The notes beneath the pieces were generated by a model. That model had not been told where the DNA came from. It was given only the letters and a program-made list of their open reading frames with translations, and searched no databases. A program made the translations under genes and the position numbers. A DNA stretch of 64,000 nt from Candidatus Omnitrophota bacterium (GTDB lineage Bacteria; Omnitrophota; Gorgyraeia; Duberdicusellales; 4484-171): assembly GCA_016935525.1 (NCBI GenBank), contig JAFGQU010000022.1:12471-76470 (forward strand). The letters run 5' to 3'. Of this stretch, positions 1-9,145 are shown piece after piece (the stretch's first letter is position 1; the number at the start of each line of letters is the position of its first letter).

Positions 1-320
1 CCGATATCACTCACAATGATCGCGTCAGTTTGAATCTTGATGATTGTGCCGAGGAGACTGTCGATATCCCGATATTGTTCAGGAATAATAAACGGCATGT
101 TCAAAGTGACGAAAAGTTTTTTCCGGTGAGCATGGGCCACATCAATCGATTTTTGAAGCTCGTTATAGGAGGAAAAATTCGAAGCAGTATCTCCCGCATG
201 ACAATTTATATCCTTGTATACGACCTGTTCAGGGATTATTCCGCAATAGAATTCATCAGCACCGGCATCGATAAGCGGAAGAATATCTTGGTATCTACTG
301 ACCGGAGCTAGAATATGCAT
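1..320 (-). CDS. Peptidase U32 family protein, N-terminal part (gene continues beyond window start)
   Basis: Minus-strand translation from ATG at ~318-320 gives MHILAPVSRYQDILPLIDAGADEFYCG...KKLFVTLNMP, matching U32 collagenase-like N-termini (ELLAPAG..GADAVY..VTxN). Not in the ORF track because it runs off the window. Confidence 0.5.
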   Translation of the reverse strand, partial: MHILAPVSRYQDILPLIDAGADEFYCGIIPEQVVYKDINCHAGDTASNFSSYNELQKSIDVAHAHRKKLFVTLNMPFIIPEQYRDIDSLLGTIIKIQTDAIIVSDI

Positions 321-1623
321 GGGTCTTGTCCTCTTTCCATTTTTTTAGATCTTCTTCGGTATCGATATCCCGTAGCAAAGGTAATCTGGCTGAGGCTGCT
401 TTAAGATTTTCAATACGGCTTAATGTGGCGGGTAACACATCCGGAGTACTCCAGGGTATGTTTCGGAAAAGTTCTCGATACATTTTTTTCATCCCCAAAA
501 GATAATATCCTCCATCATGAGTCGGCCCCAGTACGATTTGATGGGAATCTAATAATCGGAGTGCGTTTTCAATGATATCCCGGGAAAGGTCGGGAATATC
601 GGTCCCGACAATGACCACTTTCTCCGCCCCGTAGCTGAACACCCGGCACAATGCGTGTTCCATCCGTTGGCCAAGATCATGACCGGTCTGGCTTAGACAA
701 AGGAATCCTGATCTTGCCCAGCGGCAGGTTTTTTTTACTGTATCAGAATCAGCTACAAAAATATACCGAATGAGGCCGGTATTTGAGATGCTGCGTGCGG
801 TACGGAATGCCTTTTCTGCGATTCGTTTATACACTAACGCGGCATAACGTTTCCCTTTGGTTTTTGCCAGCCGGCTTTTCACTTTGCCCGGGACCGGATA
901 ACGCGCAAAGAGAATAATCGCGGTATGGTTTTTTTTCTTACGAGCAGTATACATTTGAGCCAATTCGTAAGGAGATTTTCCTAAAAGATAGAGACACATT
1001 ATTTTCGCATCAAAGAAATATTGCCGGACGATGCCGTTTTGGACGAATCGCCGGGCTGAAGTAACGGCGGTTTTCGGTAAAAGATGTATTTTAGTGAGGA
1101 CCCTAGCTTTTTGAAGGAATTTTACTTCTTCGAATAACGGCCAGTTCGGGTATCCGGCTATCCGGTAGAAGAATCCGCGACGGACAATAATACAGTGATC
1201 TCCGAACCGGGTGAATACCGAATCAAACCGGCTGCAGAAAGTATACCATTTAAGTATCCAGTGAGATATATCCAGAGCCAGACGAAATATCCCGATCTGC
1301 ACTCTTTGATCGGAAAAGAAATCGGATAGCGAAAAAAAAGCATCGTCCGGCAAGCGCGTGTCGGCATGGAGAAATAAGAATATATCTCCTTTTGCCCGGT
1401 CGGCCCCGGCATTGAGTTGGTATCCTCTTCCCCGGGCAGTCGTAAGTACCGTTGCTCCCAGTGATTCGGCGATTGTCAGGGTGGCATCGGTACTGCCGCC
1501 GTCGGCAACAATGATCTCGATTTCAGGATTAAGGGTGCGAAGATGATTGATACAATCGGCTATACACAGTTCTTCGTTAAGGGTAGGTATGATTACTGAG
1601 AAAGTAAACAAATGCGTTCCCAT
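295..1623 (-). CDS. Fusion protein: N-terminal GT2 family glycosyltransferase (TIGR04283-like) plus C-terminal DUF2064 / MobA-like nucleotidyltransferase-fold domain (TIGR04282-like)
   Basis: N-terminus FSVIIPTLNEE...IIVADGGSTDAT...LHADTRLP is a typical GT2 core. C-terminal half AIILFARYPVPGKVKSRLA...VGTDIPDL...GPTHDGGYYLLG matches DUF2064. Confidence 0.7.
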   Translation of the reverse strand: MGTHLFTFSVIIPTLNEELCIADCINHLRTLNPEIEIIVADGGSTDATLTIAESLGATVLTTARGRGYQLNAGADRAKGDIFLFLHADTRLPDDAFFSLSDFFSDQRVQIGIFRLALDISHWILKWYTFCSRFDSVFTRFGDHCIIVRRGFFYRIAGYPNWPLFEEVKFLQKARVLTKIHLLPKTAVTSARRFVQNGIVRQYFFDAKIMCLYLLGKSPYELAQMYTARKKKNHTAIILFARYPVPGKVKSRLAKTKGKRYAALVYKRIAEKAFRTARSISNTGLIRYIFVADSDTVKKTCRWARSGFLCLSQTGHDLGQRMEHALCRVFSYGAEKVVIVGTDIPDLSRDIIENALRLLDSHQIVLGPTHDGGYYLLGMKKMYRELFRNIPWSTPDVLPATLSRIENLKAASARLPLLRDIDTEEDLKKWKEDKTHAYSSSGQ

Positions 1624-1692
1624 TGCATATAATCGGGGCCCAATAGATAATTACCCTTGAAAATGATACGTAAAGAAATCCCGTTATGAGAA

Positions 1693-1935
1693 TTAATCCA
1701 TATGTTTTGTGGATTCCTGGATTAGAGGAAGAATCGCTTCGACTTCTTCTTTGGACATCCGGCCGAGTTTAGCGAAACGGTATTCTCCGTCGGCACTTTT
1801 ATTTTCCCGGGTAATCTGAAGTTTTTTTGTCCCTTTGTTGTAGGAATGGACTCCTACAGTAAGCCGTTCTACATCGTTTTCCCATGATTTCTGAAAGATA
1901 CATTCGTCCAGGCTTGGATTATACGGCATAAGCAC
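1693..1935 (-). CDS. Hypothetical small protein (80 aa)
   Basis: Complete ORF in an operon-like position between the GAF-ANTAR gene and the transferase fusion. No recognisable motif. Confidence 0.4.
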   Translation of the reverse strand: MLMPYNPSLDECIFQKSWENDVERLTVGVHSYNKGTKKLQITRENKSADGEYRFAKLGRMSKEEVEAILPLIQESTKHMD

Positions 1936-1973
1936 CTCCCTCTTTTAATAAAAATATGCATTGTGGTATGGTA

Positions 1974-2678
1974 TTATTTTCCGCTCTTGATCTCATCGGA
2001 CAAAATGATCGCATCGGCGATCTCTTTCATCGGCACTCGTTTATCCATACTGGACTTACGGATTAAAGCGTAGGCCGCGTTTTCGGTCAGTTTCTGTTCG
2101 CGCATAAGGATACCTTTGGCTTTTTCTACTTTCTTGCGAGTTTCCAGCTCTTCCTGAATAATCTTCGATTTCACCATCAATTCGGTATTTTCAATAGCGA
2201 CCGCAGCCTGGTTAGCCACGGCACTTAAAAGGTCGATATCACTTTTGGTAAATTTGTACACATCGGTAGTATAACAATTGATCACTCCGATTAATTTTTT
2301 CTTTACCAGCATCGGTACACTGAGCATAGATACCAGGCCTTCACGACGGGCAAGCTGTTTTTCTTTATATTGCGGATCTTTAGCTACATCAAGAATGACC
2401 ATCGGTTTTTTTTCTTTCGCGACCAGCCCGACAATCCCTTCTCCCAGCTTGATACTGCGTTCTTTAAGATAGGCCTGGCTCATCGCCTGGGTCGCCCTGA
2501 TTTTCAATTCCTGTGTTTTTTCTTCAATCAGCCATAATGCGCAGATCTTCGCCCGCATTACGTTGGCGGTAAGGGTGACGATCAGTTTCAGTACATCTTC
2601 GAGATAAAGGTCGGAAGTGATCGCTTTACTGATCTTACTTAACGTCACAATATAGTCTTTATAGCTGGTTTTTGGCAT
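1974..2678 (-). CDS. GAF domain plus ANTAR RNA-binding antiterminator-type regulator
   Basis: N-terminal GAF-like region. C-terminal ELETRKKVEKAKGILMREQKLTENAAYALIRKSSMDKRVPMKEIADAIIL is a classic ANTAR helix pair (AmiR/NasR-like). Confidence 0.75.
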   Translation of the reverse strand: MPKTSYKDYIVTLSKISKAITSDLYLEDVLKLIVTLTANVMRAKICALWLIEEKTQELKIRATQAMSQAYLKERSIKLGEGIVGLVAKEKKPMVILDVAKDPQYKEKQLARREGLVSMLSVPMLVKKKLIGVINCYTTDVYKFTKSDIDLLSAVANQAAVAIENTELMVKSKIIQEELETRKKVEKAKGILMREQKLTENAAYALIRKSSMDKRVPMKEIADAIILSDEIKSGK

Positions 2679-2808
2679 ACTATCTCATTATAACAAAAAT
2701 GATGGCACTGAGAACCCTATATCTATATATTATATATATAGGAAGCAGAAAATCAAAGGAAGAAATAACGCGGGGGAAAAGCGAAAAAACGCCTATTTTA
2801 AATGGATA

Positions 2809-3237
2809 TTATTTCTCCTGGATGATGAATTTTTCAATTTTTTCTTTTATATGGTCACGGATCTTCCGGATAGTTTTTAATTTTTCCTGATCACTTCCCG
2901 ATAGTCCCGCCGGATCTTCAAACCCCCAATGCAGCCTTTTGGCGATACCCGGAAATACCGGGCAACGCTGGGAATTGGCTCCATCGCATACGGTGATAAC
3001 GTAGTTATACCGTTTGCCTTGGGTGTAAAAATCAAACACGCTTTTGGCCTTATTTTGGGAAATATCGACCCCGATCTCTTTCATTACCTGAACGACCAAC
3101 GGATTCACTGTGCCCGGTTCGAGTCCGGCACTTTCGGCATAAAACCGGTCGCCGCCCAGTCTGTTTAAAAAGGCTTCGGCTATCTGGCTGCGTGCCGAGT
3201 TATGGATACATACAAAAAGCACTTTTTTCTTATCCAT
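2809..3237 (-). CDS. arsC: Arsenate reductase, thioredoxin-coupled LMW-PTP family (ArsC)
   Basis: CIHNSARSQ P-loop near the N-terminus and VCDGANSQRCP second Cys pair. Overall collinear with B. subtilis-type ArsC. Confidence 0.75.
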   Translation of the reverse strand: MDKKKVLFVCIHNSARSQIAEAFLNRLGGDRFYAESAGLEPGTVNPLVVQVMKEIGVDISQNKAKSVFDFYTQGKRYNYVITVCDGANSQRCPVFPGIAKRLHWGFEDPAGLSGSDQEKLKTIRKIRDHIKEKIEKFIIQEK

Positions 3238-3562
3238 ACCGAGTTCTTCTCCGTTACGAATATATGAAAAGTAACATTATTTTCGATATGCCCCTTTTAT
3301 CCCGCCGCTTAAAACCACGGCTTTCAGGCTGTGGATGGATGCGGCGAGGATTCCGCCCCAAAAGAACTCCGGGCTTTTCTCTCACCCCAACATGTTTATC
3401 CAGCGGGATCCCGCTGGATAAATTACATTTATGTGCGGGAAGCCCGGGTGGGGCTCCATTTGAAACAAGGGGGCCCGTGGCATACAGGCATAGCTTACTG
3501 TTCTCTTGTGATTTGGCCATGAAGGAACTGTTACTTTTTTGTGAACAATAACCGGTATCGTC
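3238..3562 (-). other. About 320-nt GC-rich, ORF-less 5' leader / candidate structured RNA upstream of arsC
   Basis: No credible ORF on either strand; only mutually overlapping low-complexity ORFs. GC content is higher than flanking intergenic DNA. Multiple nested helices, including a perfect 28-bp palindrome. A hairpin plus T-run sits at ~3545-3600 on the + strand. Confidence 0.3.
3395..3422. repeat. Perfect 28-bp palindrome TTTATCCAGCGGGA|TCCCGCTGGATAAA, centred on GGATCC
   Basis: Read directly: the 14-nt arm and its exact reverse complement abut with no spacer. Confidence 0.9.
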
Positions 3563-3919
3563 TCAACGGTTATTGTACCCTTGATTTTTCTTTATTTTTT
3601 CCCGGGCCTGTTTTCGTTTTTTTGCGGCTTCTTTATGCGTTTTTTTCAACTCTTTTTCTGCCCGGTGTAAAGCCCGTGCTACTTCCCGTTCCTGAAGGAT
3701 TTTAGTTTTAGCTTCACCGGACTTGCCGATGGTCGCCCACCAGTCTCCGACCCGGTTGAATACGGAATGTTCTGATGCATGTGCGTGCGCCTGGACATTT
3801 GCCTGGGTTTCTCCCTGATCCTGGGGGTAACAGGGTAACACCTGCGCACAGATAATGAAAGCGATTAACAGAGGTCTCTTCACCAAAGTCTCCTTTCGGT
3901 TGACTATAGTCCTATCCAC
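3563..3919 (-). CDS. Small secreted Lys-rich protein (signal peptide plus KE-rich C-terminus)
   Basis: Hydrophobic KRPLLIAFIICAQVL segment, then a charged KxxK-rich tail. AAAGGAGAC lies 7 nt before an internal GTG, so the likely true start is the GTG near 3878. Confidence 0.5.
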   Translation of the reverse strand: MDRTIVNRKETLVKRPLLIAFIICAQVLPCYPQDQGETQANVQAHAHASEHSVFNRVGDWWATIGKSGEAKTKILQEREVARALHRAEKELKKTHKEAAKKRKQAREKIKKNQGYNNR

Positions 3920-4002
3920 ATATTACCCGGAAAAGCAATTATATCAGAAGCAACCGGTATCAACAATAAAGGATATTATATATGGGGTACCCAAAAAGAA
4001 TA

Positions 4003-4060
4003 ACTGAAGGCGGGGTTGTCTCTCTTTACAACAACTCGTGATGAGTTGTTGTAAAGAGAA
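4003..4060 (-). terminator. Rho-independent terminator after 4072..4956
   Basis: Perfect 16-bp stem CTCTTTACAACAACTC/GAGTTGTTGTAAAGAG with a 5-nt loop, followed on the minus strand by TTATTCTTTTTGGG. Confidence 0.6.
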
Positions 4061-4071
4061 GTCGTATTCAG

Positions 4072-4956
4072 TTACTTGCGCGGCGACATGGATGTCGAAA
4101 GCGCATCGAGTTTTTCAACGACAGTAGCGATCTGTTCGAGATTACGTTCGGACTCGGTATTTATTTTTTTGAACACATCGGAAATCGAATCGATAGCTTC
4201 GATGTTCAGATCATAATTAAGGAAATTACGCGTATCGACTAATTGAGCGAGGAACGGTTCTATTTTTGTTTTTAACCGATCGACTTCTCTCATGATCTGG
4301 TCGAAGTCTCTTTGCGTTACAGTCAGCCGGCGCCGGCTGCGGTTACGGATAGAATTGTTGTTGAATGATTCTAGATTGCTTTCCCACGCTGCGAAATAGG
4401 CAGCAGCCTGTTCTTCCATGGTCCCGGATGCGTCACGTAACGCTTCGATATGAGTCTGGGTTTTCTCGATTTCCTGGATGAACTTTTTGAACTGTTTGGT
4501 CAACGGGTTATCCATCAGACGGTCCGCTTCGTTGGTTTCGGCAAGAAAATTCATGGCATTTACCACATTGTGGACCTGTTCGTCGGTTTTTGTGAGTACC
4601 GCCCGTAAACTGGCCATGCTGGCTAAGGTATCTTCTACTTTCACTTGGTCCATATAGTCCTGAACAATCGCAACGCTTTGGGGATGCGATTCTTCTTGGG
4701 CCATATCGACCATTTCCGGTTCGGCCACATCCTGAGGTTCTTCTACGAGAGGCTTCTCCACCACCGGTTGAGGTTCAACGGGTTCGGTTTCTACCGCGGG
4801 TAGCTCGATCGGTACCTCAGATACCTCCGGCACTTCAATGATCTTCGGCGGGGGCATAAAATATCCCTGATTATTGGCTGGTTGAGCGCCGGCTACAGAA
4901 ACGGTCGCGCATATCCAAATAAGTATCCCTAAGCTTCTTAATAGAGCTGTTTTCAT
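4072..4956 (-). CDS. Secreted protein: signal peptide, Pro/Glu/Val-rich linker, C-terminal ~190-aa alpha-helical domain (function unknown)
   Basis: N-terminus MKTALLRSLGILIWICATVSVAGA is signal-peptide-like. PEVSEVPIELPAVETEPVEPQPVVEKPLVEEP linker. Rest is predicted helical. Confidence 0.6.
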   Translation of the reverse strand: MKTALLRSLGILIWICATVSVAGAQPANNQGYFMPPPKIIEVPEVSEVPIELPAVETEPVEPQPVVEKPLVEEPQDVAEPEMVDMAQEESHPQSVAIVQDYMDQVKVEDTLASMASLRAVLTKTDEQVHNVVNAMNFLAETNEADRLMDNPLTKQFKKFIQEIEKTQTHIEALRDASGTMEEQAAAYFAAWESNLESFNNNSIRNRSRRRLTVTQRDFDQIMREVDRLKTKIEPFLAQLVDTRNFLNYDLNIEAIDSISDVFKKINTESERNLEQIATVVEKLDALSTSMSPRK

Positions 4957-5120
4957 TTGTCCCTCCTTGTTACCGTGCCTTTTTCTCTCGTCTTAACTAT
5001 ACTATAATTATAGGGAAGATTACAAATATATCACTTTCGTATATAACTGAATCACAGTAGCTTATAAGTCCAGCCGTCTTTAAACCGGTCAAATCGGGTT
5101 ATCGTCGAAAAGCGTAGTAA

Positions 5121-6626
5121 TTACTTGATTTTCCTGGCGCCGGGCAATATCTCTTCACGCACTTTTGGTAATTGTCCGAAAATGTTCTGGTATATCTCGT
5201 TATACCGGTCTTTGGGGCCGATAAATTCAAATACCAGCGGCATCACCTTTTTTGCCTCTCTCGCCATATCGTGAGATATGTTACGGATATCCCATTGAGC
5301 ATGATTGTCCTGGCGTAACCGTGAAATATGATAAAGTTCCCGGGCGTTTATTCGCATAAGGGCTCGGCGACAATGAGCGTTAGTAAGAATATAAGGAGCG
5401 CTCTGCGGTGCTCTTTTGGCGATGTGCTCGTAAGTCCGGTTGGTTTTCTCGACGATTTCGGTAAAATAATCCTCTTTCCCGATCGCTTTAATCGATTCCG
5501 GGACAGTAAGGCCTAACGCTGGGTCGTACCCTTGAGTGGTAAGGGTAGCCATCCGGTGGCGTTTTAACTGGCCGAAACAGGCTGCAGACAGGATGATATC
5601 AAAAGTAAGGCTTACATATTCAAATTCCCTTATCATCGAGTCATAAAATTGCAGATTCTTCCATGCCGTTTGAAATATTTTTTGTTTTGTCTCAAACGGA
5701 CAGTTCGTTATGATCCGTTGGCACTGCCGGTAAGGTAAGTTCGATACGCTATGTAAAATACTCGCGGCAACCGTATCGTCTCCGTCAGCGGTGTACTCGA
5801 TCAGGCGGACTTTTCCTTCGGTCGGTTCGACCGGGGTCTCCGTGATCAATTGTTGCGTCAGGCTTTTAAGTTCCGGATACGTTTTCTGGTCACGATCGTT
5901 TGCCTGATGAAAAATTACGATCGAAGGCGCGACCTCGGCGATCTCATCGTAGATCATTCTTCCCAGTCTCTGGACTTCTTCAAGCGGGTGGGATGCGAAC
6001 CGCCGTAACATCAGTTCAAGGTTTCGCGCGTTTACGGTAAGTCCTACCTGCGATTCCGTCGCGAGTGCCGTAACGTACCGGGCATCTTCTTTTGCCCAGC
6101 CTTCGAGGAGATTATGATTTTTAGGGTTTTCGGCCAGTTGAGGATATTTTTTAAATACGTGGTCTTTCAACAGAGAAAAGAGTTCGAAATAAGCGTTATT
6201 TTGTACTTTGACCGTATCGATAAAAAGCCGTTCGGCTCCGGTATTTTTTATGTCCTGGGGGACCACAAAATCATTATCTAACGTGATATAACGTTGAGAC
6301 TTTTCGGTGTAAGAACACAACCGGAATCTTTCCAGCTCCTCCATCGCCAATCGCGATACTCCGATGATATCCAGATTGAATACAGCGTGTTCGGCGACCG
6401 AATGGTGGCCCATTTTAAAAATGATCGAACTGTTGGATTTACGGGTCTTTTCTACCTCGTTACGGGCATCTTTACGGATCTCTTCGATAGGACGGGGATC
6501 GCGGCTGATCCGGGCGTAGGCTGCGGATATGACTTCGGGAGTGATATCTTGACGTGAGGCTGGGTTTGCCTGGAGTTCTTTTAACACAGCAGTATCGACG
6601 TTGAAACCGGCTAAATGGACTTTCAT
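5121..6626 (-). CDS. thyX: Flavin-dependent thymidylate synthase ThyX-like, tandem-domain (~500 aa) form
   Basis: N-terminal half carries a ThyX-motif-like RFRLCSYTEKSQRY (compare RHRxxSxxxxSQRY). C-terminal half carries RHRMATLTTQ. Two ThyX-like halves in one chain, as in the long ThyX forms. Confidence 0.55.
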   Translation of the reverse strand: MKVHLAGFNVDTAVLKELQANPASRQDITPEVISAAYARISRDPRPIEEIRKDARNEVEKTRKSNSSIIFKMGHHSVAEHAVFNLDIIGVSRLAMEELERFRLCSYTEKSQRYITLDNDFVVPQDIKNTGAERLFIDTVKVQNNAYFELFSLLKDHVFKKYPQLAENPKNHNLLEGWAKEDARYVTALATESQVGLTVNARNLELMLRRFASHPLEEVQRLGRMIYDEIAEVAPSIVIFHQANDRDQKTYPELKSLTQQLITETPVEPTEGKVRLIEYTADGDDTVAASILHSVSNLPYRQCQRIITNCPFETKQKIFQTAWKNLQFYDSMIREFEYVSLTFDIILSAACFGQLKRHRMATLTTQGYDPALGLTVPESIKAIGKEDYFTEIVEKTNRTYEHIAKRAPQSAPYILTNAHCRRALMRINARELYHISRLRQDNHAQWDIRNISHDMAREAKKVMPLVFEFIGPKDRYNEIYQNIFGQLPKVREEILPGARKIK

Positions 6627-6733
6627 GTTCGCTCCTTATTGTGAGTTTGATCCGACAGGTCTTATTATTATAGCAAGAAATATTTCTTTGAGAAGGACAT
6701 TATTATGGATCGGTTCGCTTAGGATCCGAGTCA

Positions 6734-8419
6734 TTATAGCTGTTTTTTCTCTATTTTTGCCCAGGTATCCCGCAAAGGGACGATCCGGTGAAACACAGGA
6801 TTTTTATCGGTAGATTCGACCGGGTCGACAAAAAAATAACCGTGCCGTTCGAATTGATAGCGAGTGCGCACATCCGCTTGTTTCAGGGAGGGTTCGAGTT
6901 TTGCTCCAGAAAGCATCTCCAGAGAATGAGGGTTAAGATGGACAGTGAAATCTTCTCCTTCGGCATGGGCTTCGGGGGCAGCTGCGGAAAACAGATGGTC
7001 ATAGATCCTGACCGGAGCGGATATCGCATGAGCCGCGCTTACCCAATGGAGAGTCGCTTTTACTTTTCGTTTATCGGGAGCGTCTCCTCCTCGCGTCGCC
7101 GGATCATAGGCGCAGTGTAATTCGACGATATTCCCTTGAGCGTCTTTTATTACTTGTTCGCATGTAATGAAATAGGCATAACGCAGGCGTACTTCTTTCC
7201 CGGGAGAAAGCCGGTAAAACTTTTTCGGCGGATCTTCGCGAAAATCGTCCTGTTCGATATAGATGATCTTACTGAACGGTACCGGCCTGGTCCCCATGGC
7301 GGGATCCTCGGGATTATTGACCGCGTTCAGCTCTTCGGTCTGTCCTTCGGGATAATTGGTGAGCACTACTTTAAGAGGGTTCAAGACCGCCATCCTTCGC
7401 GGTGCGGTTTTATTGAGTTCTTCCCGTAACGCATTTTCCAGAAGAGCGACATCGATGATACTATTGAATTTAGCGACTCCTATTTTTTCGCAGAAATTGC
7501 GGATAGATGAAGGCGTATATCCTCTACGGCGTAATCCCGAAAGAGTCGGCATCCGCGGGTCATCCCACCCGCATACGTGATTTTTTTCTACCAGTTGGAG
7601 CAGTTTCCGTTTACTCAATACCGTATAACTTAAGTTCAGGCGGGCAAATTCGATCTGTTGAGGATGGTACGCATCAAGTTCAGCGAGGATCCAGTCGTAC
7701 AAGGCCCGGTTATTTTCAAATTCCAGCGTACAGATCGAATGGGTGATCCCTTCGATCGAATCGCTCAGGCAATGGGCGAAATCATACATAGGATAGACAC
7801 ACCAGGCCTCACCGGTACGATGGTGGCGTTCATATCGGATACGATAAAGAATAGGGTCGCGCATGATCATGTGCGGTGAAGCCATATCGATCTTTGCCCT
7901 CAGGACCCGGTCTCCTTCGCCGAATTCCCCCTGACGCATCCGGGTAAACAGACCAAGATTTTCTTCAACACTGCGATTACGAAACGGGGAATCTTTTCCG
8001 GGTTCGTTCACCGTACCGCGAAACACGCGGATCTCATCAAGCGGCAGGTCGCATACGTACGCTTTGCCTCTTTTAATGAGTTCGACGGCATACGCGTAAA
8101 GTTTTTCAAAATAATCGGAAGCGTAATAAAGACGGTCTTCCCAGTCAAATCCCAGCCAGCGGACGTCCTGGGTGATGGAGTCTACATATTCCTGTTCCTC
8201 TTTCGTCGGATTGGTATCGTCAAACCGCAGGTTGCATTTTCCCTGATAATCACGGGCGATACCGAAATTGAGACATATGGATTTTGCATGACCGATATGA
8301 AGATATCCGTTGGGCTCCGGGGGGAAACGGGTATGGACTCTGCTCGCATATTTCCCGGTTTTCAGATCGTCGTCAATGATTTCCCGGATAAAATTAGTAG
8401 GTTTTTTAGAAGATTCCAT
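6734..8419 (-). CDS. glnS: Glutaminyl-tRNA synthetase
   Basis: [13 protein letters not shown]...[19 protein letters not shown] (HIGH motif), collinear with E. coli GlnRS. 561 aa. Confidence 0.9.
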   Translation of the reverse strand: MESSKKPTNFIREIIDDDLKTGKYASRVHTRFPPEPNGYLHIGHAKSICLNFGIARDYQGKCNLRFDDTNPTKEEQEYVDSITQDVRWLGFDWEDRLYYASDYFEKLYAYAVELIKRGKAYVCDLPLDEIRVFRGTVNEPGKDSPFRNRSVEENLGLFTRMRQGEFGEGDRVLRAKIDMASPHMIMRDPILYRIRYERHHRTGEAWCVYPMYDFAHCLSDSIEGITHSICTLEFENNRALYDWILAELDAYHPQQIEFARLNLSYTVLSKRKLLQLVEKNHVCGWDDPRMPTLSGLRRRGYTPSSIRNFCEKIGVAKFNSIIDVALLENALREELNKTAPRRMAVLNPLKVVLTNYPEGQTEELNAVNNPEDPAMGTRPVPFSKIIYIEQDDFREDPPKKFYRLSPGKEVRLRYAYFITCEQVIKDAQGNIVELHCAYDPATRGGDAPDKRKVKATLHWVSAAHAISAPVRIYDHLFSAAAPEAHAEGEDFTVHLNPHSLEMLSGAKLEPSLKQADVRTRYQFERHGYFFVDPVESTDKNPVFHRIVPLRDTWAKIEKKQL

Positions 8420-8500
8420 AGGATGTATTTTAACACAATCTTTTAAAAAGTGAAGTGAGCGGGTCTCCTCGGATATTGGCTGTTACAAAAACGATTCGGC

Positions 8501-9136
8501 CTAATCCGTCAGGGGGTGACGGTACCGGTCGATCAGCCGTTCAATGGCATTTCTGATCGTGGAGAACTCTTTTGCGGCAATAAGGTCACTGCGGAAGATA
8601 CTAGTACCGAAGGCTACAGCGTCGGCTTTATACTCAAAAAATGAGCGGATATTTTTCTCGTTCACTCCGCCGCACGCGAGCAACTCGATGTCTCTGAACG
8701 GGCCTTTGATCTCCTGGAAATATCCGGGTGATACAGATTTCGCCGGGAATACTTTTACCATCGTCGCTCCGTTTTGCCAGGCATGATATATTTCCGTCGG
8801 CGTAAACGCTCCGGGGAATACGGGGATTTTTTGTTTCCGGCAATATTCGACGACTTCTTCGACAAAGACGGGAGATACGATAAAACTCGCTCCCGAGTCG
8901 ACGGCGTTCTTAAGGTTGGTGATATCCAGTACCGTACCGGCCCCGATAGTGAGTGAGTTTCCGGCAATGTTCTTCATCCGGCGAATGAGCGAGGATGCTC
9001 CTTCGGTGTCCATGGTGATCTCGATAGTCTTTAATCCGGATGAGATCACCGTTTCGGTAAGCGGTTCAATCTCTGTCTCTTTGATCCCCCGCAGGATTCC
9101 CAATATCGGCAGTTTTTTGAATTCGGCTATATCCAT
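8501..9136 (-). CDS. eda: KDPG / KHG aldolase (Eda family)
   Basis: Eda-family core recognised. ORF-track N-terminal extension (to 9196) runs into the repeat array. Likely start is MDIAEFKKLPILGILRG at ~9136. Confidence 0.75.
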   Translation of the reverse strand: MDIAEFKKLPILGILRGIKETEIEPLTETVISSGLKTIEITMDTEGASSLIRRMKNIAGNSLTIGAGTVLDITNLKNAVDSGASFIVSPVFVEEVVEYCRKQKIPVFPGAFTPTEIYHAWQNGATMVKVFPAKSVSPGYFQEIKGPFRDIELLACGGVNEKNIRSFFEYKADAVAFGTSIFRSDLIAAKEFSTIRNAIERLIDRYRHPLTD

Positions 9137-9145
9137 AAGATTAAA

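Noticed and set aside
3192-3551. ORFs 3192..3551(+), 3254..3520(-), 3331..3522(+) as protein-coding genes
   Set aside because: Mutually overlapping on both strands. Low-complexity/Arg-Pro-Gly-rich translations typical of GC-rich non-coding DNA. No RBS and no recognisable domains.
3238-3562. Assignment of the structured region to RNase P RNA, tmRNA or a TPP riboswitch
   Set aside because: GGGAAGCCCGGGTGGGGCTCCA has only partial resemblance to the RNase P P4 strand, and no other conserved RNase P regions were found. No tRNA-like 3' end or tag ORF for tmRNA. The THI-box-like CTGGATAA is in the wrong order relative to GGGGTG.
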